DNA of 64,000 nt, taken from Chrysomallon squamiferum (Eukaryota > Animalia > Mollusca). Position numbers and translations under genes: made by a program. Location of the stretch: positions 8,618,001 through 8,682,000 of the forward strand of contig CM022678.1 of assembly GCA_012295275.1 (NCBI GenBank), written 5' to 3'. Under the pieces are notes generated by a model that was not told the DNA's origin, ran no database searches, and worked only from the letters and a program-made list of their open reading frames with translations. Positions 12,838 to 25,205 of this stretch are shown here, one piece after another (position 1 is the stretch's first letter; each line of letters begins with the position of its first letter).

Positions 12838-14620
12838 TATATTTAACCTCTCAAGTTCAAATACATCATCAGCGATTATATCACTATATCCCTTTTCTTC
12901 CATAATAATAAAATCATTATCATCAGCTGTTGAAGTCACCAGTAAGACAGATCGTGTTATTCTTATTCACAAATGACAACTATTCATTTTCAAGCTGGTC
13001 CAAAGCATCAGATGATGAATAATATGAATACAAAACCAATTAAAATATTATCATCTGTGTGTAAAACCCTGCCTTCTGTGTCCAGCCACATAAAACATTT
13101 ACACTGTGATTTGATAATGTTTGTATGTTTTAGTAGATAATTTATAAAACATTTACACTGTGATTTGATAATGTTTGTATGTTTTAGTAGATAATTTATA
13201 AAACATTTACACTGTGATTTGATATTTGTATGTTTTAGTAGATAATTTATAAAACATTTACACTGTGATTTGATTAATGTTTTGTATGTTTTAGTAGATA
13301 ATTTATAAAACATTTACACTGTGATTTGATAATAATTTATTGTATTTTTAGTAGATAATTTATAAAAAAATTTACACTGTGATTTGATAATGTTTGTATG
13401 TTTTAGTAGATAATTTATAAAACATTTACACTGTGATTTGATAATGTTTGTATGTTTTAGTAGATAATTTATAAAACATTTACACTGTGATTCTATAATG
13501 TTTGTATGTTTTAGTAGATAATTTATAAAACATTTACACTGTGATTGATAATGTTTGTATGTTTTAGTAGATAATTTATAAAACATTTACACTGATTTGA
13601 TAATGTTTGTATGTTTTAGTAGATAATTTATAAAACATTTACACTGTTTTAATGTTTGTTTGTATGTTTTAGTAGATAATTTATAAAACATTTACACTGT
13701 GATTTGATAATGTTTGTATGTTTTAGTAGATAATTTATAAAACATTTACACTGTGATTTGATAATGTTTGTATGTTTTAGTAGATAATTTATAAAACATT
13801 TACACTGTGATTTGATAATGTTTGTATGTTTTAGTAGATAATTTATAAAACATTTACACTGTGATTTGATAATAGTTTGTATGTTTTAGTAGATAATTTT
13901 GTATAAAGATAATTTACACATTTACACTTTGATAATGTTTGTATGTTTTAGTAGATAATTTATAAAACATTTACACTGAGATAAAGAAATATTTGTTTTT
14001 AGTAGATAATTTATAAAAAAGAATACTAATGATAAAGATAATTAGTTTATAATAATGTTTCAAGAAATGTATGGTTTCAAGAAATGGTTTGATAATGTTT
14101 GTACTTTTACCACACCTTTACTCATTAATCTCTGTTCTTTTTAAAACTTAAGGGCTTAATTGTCTATGATTTTTGTTTGGGGTATTTTTACAAATGAGGA
14201 ATTTACTGACATTTGTTCAACTGTTTTCACTTGATAACACTTGTCTTCCTCCAGTTTCCTATTGCACTGACTGAATTGGCTTGTCTCAGTCAGAGTTTGG
14301 CTTGTTTTGCTGTGATCTTTGTTGTCTTCTTTCTGATGGCTGAGTTGTTATGTTTGTGTTTCTGGCTTCTGTCCCATCCTCTCATAGTCTAAACAGCCTA
14401 CCCTCCATATACAATTTATCACCATTTAAAGTAGCTCTTTTCCTTTGCCTTTTTGCTGATTTGTAATCTGGATACAGTAATTTCCTCCTCTCATTAATTT
14501 CTTTGTGGAATTGTTCATTAACCCTGTATTGCTTGTTTATCAGCTTGTTTTGGGTAAAGCTGTTCTCACTATTTCTCTGTCTTTGTATAAAATGAATTTA
14601 GTGACAAATTCACTGTATCA
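12838..14620 (-). mobile_element. Truncated LINE: ORF1 C-terminus plus APE endonuclease start of ORF2
   Basis: ~14610-14383 reads KFILYKDREIVR..YRVNEQFHKEINERRKLLYPDYKSAKRQRKRATLNGDKLYMEGRLF, a typical invertebrate LINE ORF1 C-terminus. 13090-12925 reads FMWLDTEGRVLHTDDNILIGFV...DALDQLENE*LSFVNKNNTICLTGDFNS, with the APE GDFN motif. Confidence 0.8.
13090..14020. repeat. Minisatellite, 54-bp unit, about 16 copies, inside the LINE endonuclease
   Basis: aaacatttacactgtgatttgataatgtttgtatgttttagtagataatttata; the minus-strand translation repeats IIKSQCKCFINYLLKHTN (18 aa). Confidence 0.95.
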
Positions 14621-14629
14621 GTAGATGTC

Positions 14630-16286
14630 CACATTACTGCTGCTAAAAGAACTTTTTCTCTTTTCTCATCATTTAAACCATCAAGTTTCAGTTTTGCTAT
14701 TTCTTTTATAATGTTTGAAATGCTCAGCCAAAAGACAAACTATGATCATGTTACCTTAACAAATATAAAGACATAACAAGTGTGAACACAGAGTCACTTG
14801 TATCTCCTCTTTATACTGTAACAGTTCTTTGAATATTGTCTGTTTTTGAACAAGCAGCTGTACAGAATGTATCAAATGTTGGAATAACACCTGATTTGAG
14901 CAGTATTCTCACAACATCTTCATCACTAAACAAATGAGAAATATCCAAACGTTCTTTTTTTCATATATGTTAAATTCATTTTCCAAAGTCTTGACAATGT
15001 TCTTAGTCCATTCACAGTACACTCACTTGTAACAGATGATGAATTTATAACATTTTGATCAACTTTCAAATACAGTGTGTAACTAGAGTGAAATTTTGAA
15101 TCATTGTCAAGAAGACATGAAACATTACTGAATACTTCACTAGCAGTGTTTACATGTACAAATGATTTATAGAAATTTAGCTTACGTTGTCTCTGATGCA
15201 GTATTTGAGACAACTTAACATAAAAGTCTGTTTTCTCCATGCGATATTTTAGAAACTCTTCACCTTTCAGTGATGGATATGAAATAATTTTTCTGAAACT
15301 GCTTGATGCCAGCAAGTCTGTAAATTTGCGAGCAAGAACATTGTGACTTTTGTTAGAATTCCAGGCATTACATCATGTTCTAACAACATGGAAACAGGAC
15401 ACACTTCTAGCAACTCTGCTGTTTTCTTTGCAAACTTTGCTATAAACATTAGAGAGAAAAAGTCAAACACTAACTGATGAATAAATGTGTGTTTATTGTC
15501 ACACTGCTTCAAATAGGTACACACGTTAATCAGCTGTTTTGTTTATATGTTTGAGTCCAGTGTTTTCTACACTCAGTCTCACTCTAGCAGTCTTACTAAT
15601 TTCATTATGTCACTGTCAGTGTTATCTTCAAAAGGGTCCAGTGAATCAATGCTGAAACTGCCTTGTTGGAACAAGATCAGCAGTAGAACTAGGTAATTGA
15701 TCTCTGAAGATTTATCATTTTTCCAGTTTTCCAGCTGATATGTGACATATTCTACAGTTAACATAATACAGACACACCTGAGGAAATCCAAACTGTAGAT
15801 GAACTGTCAGTGACAGTCTATTTATAATTTGTATTCATTGTAACATCTTTTTGTTCCAGATATTTGTTTAGAATTTCTTTCTTTTCATCATAATCCAGAC
15901 AACAGTCATCACTCTGCAGATCAAGAACATGATTCTCATTAAACAGACCAAATTCCTTCAAACTAATTTCACTTTCTGAAAATATTTGTTTTCTTAAAGA
16001 AATAATACATTTCAAAGAACCATCCTGAACAAGGTTCCATATCTTTGGAAATTTCAGTTTCCATGAGTCTGTAAAAACTGAAACATGATTAGTCTTACCA
16101 AATATATCATCAATGAGAACAATACATTTCTTATTTCTAGAGAGAGAAACAGCTGTAACAGTCTCTGCAGAATAGACAGCTGTAATTTTGTGTGAGGAAG
16201 AAACAGCTGTCATGTCTGAGGAATAAACAATGCTGATATTAGAACAAAAATGCTGAATTATCTTTTTTTCACCCATACTGGCTGAC
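14630..16286 (-). pseudogene. nSTAND3 (novel STAND NTPase 3) protein with ankyrin-like tail, single large exon, disrupted
   Basis: Acceptor ttcttacag at 16287. Walker B KKCIVLIDDIFG, then IISLRKQIF, VLDL, EKKEILNKY, GFPQVC (~15789, frame-shifted), FIHQLVFDF and ankyrin-like VVRILLKSGVIPN (~14915). Multiple stops and frameshifts; Walker A is missing and replaced by a short acagctgt repeat. Confidence 0.75.
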
Positions 16287-17439
16287 CTGTAAGAAAATGA
16301 TTTTTAATATAGAAGAAAGAAACAAAATTAACTCATTTTATTCACTGTTAGCAGGGTTAGATCTGTGGTTAAGGAAGATTCAAATAAATAAAGAAGAAAC
16401 CCACTGCTGTCACTTAACGGTTTACTCTTTCTTATTAGACCTGTCTCTAGTTTCTTGTATTAATAATAGCACTGCCTTATAGACTGTGGTCTCAACTTTT
16501 GTTCTAAGAATATATTCCTGGAGCACATCAAAAGTAATCAAATAAAAATAGTTTTAATAAATGTCCTAATTTTTCAAACAGAGGTGTTCTATTAAGTTAT
16601 TTAGAAATACTCATGAAAACACAATTCTCACAGTTTTGTGACATAAAAAACTTAGTTCTAATTAATAAGTCTTATCTCATTTTGGATTTGTTCTTTTCCA
16701 TCTTTGTAGGGCTGTGATGGGCTGACTGGGGCAGGTTCTGGCTGTGTTTCTCAGTTGTTCTGCTGCTTTGTTGAGTAGACACAGTCAACCTGAATCACAC
16801 GCAGATTTACTTAGTGTTATTTAAATTTTTCTAAACAGTACAGATACACATGGTAAAAATCAAGGGAACAGTTGTCTCAAATCACTGGAACTGAACTAAA
16901 CCTGTGCAGTGTAACCAGAGTCAATGAAACTTACTGCACTGCCATTAATTTAGGTTTCAACTTTCCATTTAACACATTTTTCATACTGAAAACACATGTT
17001 GATCAGTCTGCATACAAAAGGAAAGAGAAAAACAAATTCTAAACACTTAATGACAATAACATGGGTAAAATCATCAGAATTCAGTTAAATAACTAACAGA
17101 TAGATTTGACTTACTGAAAGTAGATACACTGATATCACAGGCCAGTGTATCATGTCTCATGTTTTTCTTAACTGGTGTATGCTCACATATCAGATAAAGA
17201 TTTCTAACTCTAGCTCAATCATTCAGTGTAAACACAAAGATGGCAGATAATAGGACTGCTTTCAACAGATATTCCTCAAACATCAGCAGCATCAGTCCAT
17301 TAGTGACCTGCAACACGCTACATCAAAACCAAGGCTGTAACTCTTCAGCCTTGGCCAGTCATGAGTCCAGTTTTCAATCCACTGGAGCACATTTTGAACA
17401 TCAGTGAGCATTTTACACACACAGTGGAAGTGAGTCAGC

Positions 17440-19470
17440 TTAGCACTGGGAATGACTTCAGTTGACAAACACAACTTTTAACTGGACTGTTGAGAATGTT
17501 GGAGTTGAATGTTTACTTAGCACTCAAAACACAACTTTTAACTGGAGAGATGAGTTGGATGTTGGAGGTTGAATGTTTACTTAGCACTGGGAATGACTTC
17601 AGTTGACAAACACAACTTTTAACTGGAGGGATGAGTTGGATGTTGAGTTTACTTAACTGAATTGACAAACACAACTTTTAACTGATGTTTGTTTTAAATG
17701 ACTTCAGGACTTGGATTGTTGAATGTTTACTTAGCACTGGGAATGACTTCAGTTGACAAACAACTTTTAACTTTTTCAGTTGAAAATTCAACTGGAGGGA
17801 TGAGTTGGATGTTGGAGGTTGAATGTTTACTTAGTACTGGGAATGACTTCAGTTGACAAACACAACTTTTAACTGGAGGGATGAGTTGGATGTTGGATGT
17901 TGAATGTTTACTTAGCACTGGGAATGACTTCAGTTGACAAACACAACTTTTAACTGGAGGGATGAGTTGGATGTTGGATGTTGAATGTTTACTTAGCACT
18001 GGGAATGACTTCAGTTGACAAACACAACTTTTAACTGGACAATGTTGGACAACAAACACAACTTTTAACTGGAGGGATGAGTTGGATGTTGGAGGTTGAA
18101 TGTTTACTTAGCACTGGGAATGACTTCAGTTGACAAACAAACAACTTTTAACTGGAGGGATGAGTTGGATGTTGGAGGTTGAATGTTTACTTAGCACTGG
18201 GAATGACTTCAGTTGACAAACACAACTTTTAACTGGAGGATGAGATTGGAACTGGAGGGATGAGTTCATTGGAGGTGAATGTTTGTTTACTTAGCACTGG
18301 GAATGACTTCAGTTGACAAACACAACTTTTAACTGGAGGGATGAGTTGGATGTTGGAGGTTGAATGTTTACTTAGCACTGGGAATGACTTCAGTTGACAA
18401 ACACAACTTTTAACTGGAGGGATGAGTTGGATGTTGGAGGTTGAATGTTTACTTAGCACTGGGAATGACTTCAGTTGACAAACACAACTTTTAACTGGAG
18501 GGATGAGTTGGATGTTGGAGGTTGAATGTTTACTTAGCACTGGGAATGACTTCAGTTGACCATTTGACAAACACAACTTTTAACTGGAGGGATGAGTTGG
18601 ATGTTGGAGGTTGAATGTTTACTTAGCACTGGGAATGACTTCAGTTGACAAACACAACTTTTAACTGGAGGGATGAGTTGGATGTTGGAGGTTGAATGTT
18701 TACTTAGCACTGGGAATGACTTCAGTTGACAAACACAACTTTTAACTGGAGGGATGAGTTGGATGTTGGATGTTGGATGTGAAGCTGTTTACTTGGATGT
18801 TTTTTGTTGACTTCAGTTGACAAACACAACTTTTAACTGGAGGGATGAGTTGGATGTTGGAGGTTGAATGTTTACTTAGCACTGGGAATGACTTCAGTTG
18901 ACAAACAGTACTTTTAACTGGAGGGATGAGTTGGATGTTGGAGGTTGAATGTTTACTTAGCACTGGGAATGACTTCAGTTGACAAAAACACAACTTTTAA
19001 CTGGAGGGATGAGTTGGATGTTGGAGGTTGAATGTTTACTTAGCACTGGGAATGACTTCAGTTGACAAACAAACAAACTTTTAACTGGAGGGATGAGTTG
19101 GATGTTGGAGGTTGAATGTTTACTTAGCACTGGGAATGACTTCAGTTGACAAACACAACTTTTAACTGGAGGGATGAGTTGGATGTTGGAGGTTGAATGT
19201 TTACTTAGCACTGGGAATGACTTCAGTTGACCATTTGACAAACACAACTTTTAACTGGAGGGATGAGTTGGATGTTGGAGGTTGAATGTTTACTTAGCAC
19301 TGGGAATGACTTCAGTTGACAAACACAACTTTTAACTGGAGGGATGAGTTGGATGTTGGATGTTGAATGTTTACTTAGTACTGGGAATGACTTCAGTTGA
19401 CCATTTGACAAACACAACTTTTAACTGGAGGGATGAGTTGGATGTTGGAGGTTGAATGTTTACTTGTCAC
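17440..19470. repeat. Minisatellite, 81-bp unit, roughly 24 copies
   Basis: ttttaactggagggatgagttggatgttggaggttgaatgtttacttagcactgggaatgacttcagttgacaaacacaac; produces 27-aa periodicity in the minus-strand ORFs. Confidence 0.95.
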
Positions 19471-20215
19471 TGAATCCTTTAACTACAGATGTAATATAGA
19501 AACTCAAAGTAACATTTTCTCTCTGAAACAGGTTTCTTAAACTGTTTTATGAACTCTGCAGTTCCACACTTTGGAATGATGATTGTGCTGTGCTTGATTA
19601 TATGGTTATTTAAAAATAATCTTATATCCAATACTGGGGTGCTTAACATTTTATTTTTAGTTTGGGGTGTGTATTGTCACTTTGCTGTGTTCTACTCAGT
19701 TTTTTGGTCTGTCTACTCATGTTTATTTCTATTCATTTTCATTCTTAAAGTATTTCATAATATATTAACATATTTAGGACTATAGGAAGTTCTTAAATTT
19801 TTTCATTTTCGGAATAAGTCAGTATGAACACTTGTAATACTTTATATCAGGTGACAAGTCTGTTATATCTGTTAAATAAATATTGTACAATTTTTCTTCT
19901 CTGTTGTGTCTGCTTGTATAAACATTCTTTGAGAATTTGTAGACTTCACCATTGAGTGATCTGCTACATTCTCCATTCCAAATTTTCATCACTTCATGTT
20001 AAACTACAGACACATTTCATTTGTGATGTGTTTGAAACTGTCATCTTAGCATTTTTTTCTCTAAACTGTATCAAAGCAACAAGTGCAAGGAGTGACTGTC
20101 TTGTCTCAGATGATAATTTCACAAATAGCTGAGTTTGACACAGAAGTAATATTTACAAAAGTATTATTATATTAATTAAGTAAATCTAATACCAGTTTTC
20201 TCAATACAGTTTCAG

Positions 20216-20614
20216 ATCCATGTCAGTTTTACTCTCATCTCAGCTGCAGCCATTACTGCACCAATGTGGACAAACAGGACTCTACAGTTGTAACTTTGGA
20301 TACAAACTAGCAACAGGTACAACTCATGTGTTGTCAGTACAGAATATTGCTTTATACATTTAACTAGAAAAATGTCCTTGGTTTATTAACATTTACTAAT
20401 TTTTTCTTTTGTACCTTTACTTTCAGTCTTTTTTTTTTTTTTTAAAGTTTTTTTTAAAGTTTTATTTAAGTTTCTTTTTATCCTTTACATACATATGCAC
20501 ATGTACATTTATGTATTAAAACATGAGGCTGTAATTGTATTCAATATAAATGCAGAAAAAAAAATAAAAGTTTGAACAATATTATACTAAGTCATTTGAA
20601 ATATATTATCATTA

Positions 20615-20651
<37 letters not shown>

Positions 20652-21222
20652 TTATTATTATTATTATTATTATTCTTTAGATATAAATGAGTGTACATCA
20701 ACTGATGTCAGTATTACTAAGTATACTGATACTTGTACTAACAGAATCAGTGGATTCACTTGTTCCTGTCTGGCTGGGAAGAAACTTGAAAATGACCAGA
20801 CAACATGTGTTAGTAAGCAGAATTTCTCATCACAAAATACAATAATGTAAAAATAAATTTTTAAATATTTTAAAAACATAATTATATTTTGAAATCTGAA
20901 GCAACTTATTCTGTAAAATTAGAAATTTTCATGATTTTAGATTATACTTTTAATATAATTTTATAAATTTTGTTTTATAATAAATACTAACACAAAAATT
21001 TGATTTTAATTTAATTTATTTATTTTCAAATTGGATTTTATTTTTCCCTCTCAGACCATTGTCAGTGTAAAGCTGGCTGGGTGGTGTGTGATGTGAAAAC
21101 AACAGAGATGAATGTAGTGTTTCAACAGTTTCATGTCAAGCAAACAGCAACTGCAAAACCTGCCAGTCTCCTATCATTTGAGTGTAAGACAGGATATCAC
21201 AACTTGTCAGATGAATGTATAG
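20216..21222 (+). pseudogene. EGF / calcium-binding EGF exons (fibrillin/mucin-like gene fragment), copy 1
   Basis: Exons 20216-20332 (DPCQFYSHLSCSHYCTNV..CNFGYKLA), 20681-20812 (DINECTSTDVSITKYTDTCTNRISGFTCSCLAGKKLENDQTTCV) and 21055-21222 (CQCKAGW..CENNRDEC..CQANSNCK..CKTGY..ECI). Phase-1 style boundaries, with frameshifts and a lost Cys. Confidence 0.85.
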
Positions 21223-21769
21223 GTGAGTAGGATAAACTTAATAAATAGTTAATTACTCAATATTAAAAATGTGGTAACAAGTTTAAATTATAATGTTTTA
21301 TTTAATAAAGAGTTATATGTTAGAAATAATTCCTTATTATTTATGAAATGGTTATATGTTACAAATGTTTTCTTATTATTTTTGAAAGAGTTATGTTACA
21401 AATGATTTCTTATTATTTATGAAATTTACAAAAATGATTTCTTATTATTTATGAAATAGTTATATGTTACAAATGATTTCTTATTATTTAATAAACAGTT
21501 ATTATGTTAGAAAATGATTTCTTATTATTTAATAAAAGTTATATGTTAAAATGATTCATTAAAAAATGATAAAAATGATTGATGAATTTTGTACATATTT
21601 TTGTGATTTTAATTACCAAAGAAAACAGAATGGATGTTTTAAACTGAAAAATTACATAGAAATGAGTTAATTAATATCTCAGTCCCAAAATTAACTTTTC
21701 TGTATTAAAATATAACAAATAAATAAATATAATAATAAAAATATCATTTTCTACTTGATATATTTTCAG

Positions 21770-21901
21770 AAATTAAATCGGCTTGTTAAGGATAAAAATA
21801 TTCAAGAAATTGTTGATAAAATACAAACTCAAACTGACATTTTGGAACAAAGAGCAGCTCAAGTCTCCAGTAGAGTTGAAGTATTTGGTGCTGTCCAGCA
21901 G
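21770..21901 (+). pseudogene. Duplicated IRAG/LRMP coiled-coil exon (open frame)
   Basis: 132-nt AG/GT exon KLNRLVKDKNIQEIVDKIQTQTDILEQRAAQVSSRVEVFGAVQQ, nearly identical to 10113-10243. The downstream intron is homologous to about 22030. Confidence 0.85.
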
Positions 21902-23032
21902 GTATTTAAATACATTAGTCATTGTAAACCTTTCCATTTTATTTCAGTTTTAAATATTTCCTCAGTCTTTCACAAAATTCTATGCAAAATATTTTCTATT
22001 ATCCTGAATTAAGCGTCATACATGAAAATATATTTGTGTTTTTGTAAACTGAAAATTAATAGAATCAGTGTAAACCTTGTAATAATTTGCATGCCAGCCT
22101 AACAGAGTAGTGAACAGAACATTTGTATAAATTTGTAATTTTCTGTTATAGATATCTCACTCTAAACTGAAATACAAACATTTATTACTTCATTTGGTAG
22201 AGCTAAAGATATTTACAGTATTTTCAAATCTGGTATAATGGAATGGATGGAAGTTTGGTGGATTTGAGAGGTTGTACAGATGCATAAATTGGCTTGAAAG
22301 ATTTATCTTCTTTTCTTATTTTATCACATGCATGTGTAATGTTGTTTTTGTTTTAAATACATTTTAAAATATTCCTTACTGATCATTATTGTAACTATTA
22401 TCTAGGATAATTGTGGTTTATTTATAAGACAAAATGTATTTCATTAATGGCAAAAAATAAATTACATTAAAGTGGCAGGAAAGAATATTACAATTAAATG
22501 TTTTAATTAATCAAATAATTTGTTATTAATGATGTAACTATAACAATTGTTATGGTTAATTAAAGATTCTCAGAATATTCTCAAATGTATTTTCATCATG
22601 TTAGTATATTAGTATTTCAAGTAGAATCTGTATTAGAAAATCATTTTCTTACTGTCTATTGTAATACTATATAGGTTTAAAATGTTTATTTACTTCATAT
22701 TCCTGGCAGTCATCTTAAACTGGACTAAAGCATAGTGTAAATATCAAATCTTACATAATTATTCAAATATATTAAAAAATATTTTTCATAAGCTCTTTTG
22801 CTGATGTATTGCTGTTTTAATCCTTTTATATCAAAGTTAAAAAATAATATTAAACTGATTGAAATTAAGAATTTAAATATATTTAATAAATTATTTTTAT
22901 TATTAATATTGTATGGAAAAAATAAAACTCTTCTTGCTAAGACAGTGAAATGCAGTTAGAGCTGACAACAAAAATTCCACTTGCACTTTATTTTATGTTT
23001 AGTTTCTTAATGAATATTATATTTTGTTGTAG

Positions 23033-23361
23033 GATCCTAGACAACAGAATCAAGCTGCCTCAGAAAAGATTAACTAGAGCACCAGAATGCTATTATTTCA
23101 CAGTCTTCCCTGTCCAGAGAAAGCTCAACACTTTCAAGAGAAAATCTGTAAGATCATAAAATCAATCTAATTTGAATTTCGAAACCTCAGTGATCTCCAA
23201 AAGACTGCATTGTCAATATTATCAGAACATCCAGTGTACACATTGTACTTCATAGCAGCTTGCACTGTTTTTATCATTGATGTGTGTGCATGGTTATTCT
23301 AAGTTTTATCACTGAAAGAGGAATAGAGATTCATCACTGATATGGAATGCCATTTTTCTAA
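23033..23361 (+). pseudogene. Putative decayed terminal exon: transmembrane segment plus short KASH-like tail
   Basis: Acceptor tgttgtag at 23032. Reads DPRQQNQAASEKIN*...TALSILSEHPVYTLYFIAACTVFII, then after a frameshift CVCMVILSFITERGIEIHH*YGMPFF*. Position and architecture fit an LRMP-type C-terminus. Confidence 0.45.
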
Positions 23362-23427
23362 AACCCTAAAATTAATGTCATAGTGCATAGAGGTGTTACA
23401 TTTTTTAATCATCAAATTTTTGTATTA

Positions 23428-23678
23428 TTTAAATCGGGGAAATTGAAAGGTTTGCTGGGATAATCAATGTAAATATATTTAAAATTATGTAATTAGGGTA
23501 ATTAGAATATTTTATTAAAAATATTTTTTTTTAAATTAAAAAAACAAAACAACATTTATTTTATCTTTCTTTGTCATATTATTTAAATCAGGGAAAATTC
23601 AAGGGTTTAATATATTTAGAATTATGTAATTAGGGGTAATTAGAATTTTTTATTAAAAAAAAAAACAAACAACAAAAC

Positions 23679-23727
<49 letters not shown>

Positions 23728-24220
23728 TAAATCAGGGGAAAGTCTAGGGTTTGCTGGGGGTAATCAATGTAAATATAGTTGAAGATTATGTAATTAGGGG
23801 TAATTAGAATTAGGGCTAATTAGAATTATTTATAAAAAAAAAAAAGAAAAAAAACTTTTTTCTGTATATTTTGAATCAGGGGAAAATCAAGGGTTTGCTG
23901 GGGTAATCATTGTATAAATATATTTAAAATTATGTAATTAGAATTTTTTAAAAAAAAAAAAAAAAAAACAAGAACAACATGTTTTTTTTTTTATTATTTA
24001 CATCAGGAGAAAATCAAGGGTTTGCTGGGGGTAATCAATTTAAATATAATTGAAGATTATGTAATTAGGGGTAATTAGATTTTTTTTTATAAAAACTACA
24101 AAAACAAAAACAACAGTTTTTTTTTTATCATATTTAAATCAGGGTAAATCAAGGGTTGCTTGGAGTAATCATTGTATAAATATATTTAAGATTATCTAAT
24201 TAGGGATAATTAAAATTTAT
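23428..24220. repeat. Six copies of an ~80-bp G-tract-containing core separated by A-tract/T-tract spacers (period about 125-155 bp)
   Basis: Core ttaaatcaggggaaaatcaagggtttgctggggtaatcaatgtaaatat...tatgtaattaggggtaattagaa near 23428, 23581, 23726, 23871, 23996 and 24132. Confidence 0.85.
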
Positions 24221-24836
24221 TTATAACAACAACAAAAAAAAAAAATAATTTTTTTTTTGACATAAAGTCATTTATGTTAGACATTTGAAGATATACATGA
24301 AAATACTATGTCTGATTGTAAATATATCTGTGTTTCATTTTTATCATTCTTACTGTATGAAAAATTATTCTGCTTGTATTTTATTTTTAGAAATGAAAAG
24401 TAAATTATTTCAGTCATGTGTTCTTTCTCTTTTTTCTTTTTTTCTTTTGAATGGAACTTAATGATACATTTTTTGTTATATTTTTTATTCCAGTAACAAT
24501 GAAAATTTTTAAAATATTTTTAAAATAATAACAATTATATAAAAAATGTTTACTATGTAACTATTTGTTAAATTTCAGTCACATTTTAATTCCTAATTGT
24601 TCAAATCACAGAGAAAAGTTGAAGAAACATACCTTAATTATTCTCTTTTATTTCTATTTTGTGATTTAATATATTTTTTTTAAATTTCAAAGTTAATATA
24701 TATTTTTTTTCCATTGGAAATCTGTTTCAATTTTCTGTTTTGGAACTAATCTGGAAAACTTGGAATTCTAAGAAAAGTTTTAGTAATTCATAAAAATAGT
24801 TGCAGGTCAGGGCAATTTCCTGTATATCAAAAAAAC

Positions 24837-24891
<55 letters not shown>

Positions 24892-24940
24892 CATCAGTGA
24901 CATACTATTTCTCTGCTAAGACTTGATAGACCCTTAACTG

Positions 24941-25205
24941 TAACATTTGTAATTAAAAAAATATTCCAATTTTATGTTATTTTAATCTTTATAAATCTGC
25001 TATATGTCTAATAACATTTGCAATTAAAAAAATATTCCAATTTTATTACATTTTAATCTTTATAGCTCTGCTATATGTCTAATAACATTTGTAATTAAAA
25101 AAATATTCCAATTTTATTACATTTTAATCTTTATAGCTCTGCAATAAGTCTAAAACCTTGACTGTAACATTTGTAATAAGAAAATTCCATTTGTTTTAAT
25201 CTTTA
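24941..25205. repeat. 71-bp tandem repeat, 3 copies plus a partial
   Basis: taacatttg[t/c]aattaaaaaaatattccaatttt... at 24941, 25012 and 25083. Confidence 0.85.

Noticed and set aside
17727-19417. Repetitive Cys-containing ORFs (KSCVCQLKSFPVLSKH...)
   Set aside because: A by-product of the 81-bp minisatellite; frequent indels break the frame and there are no convincing splice or start signals.
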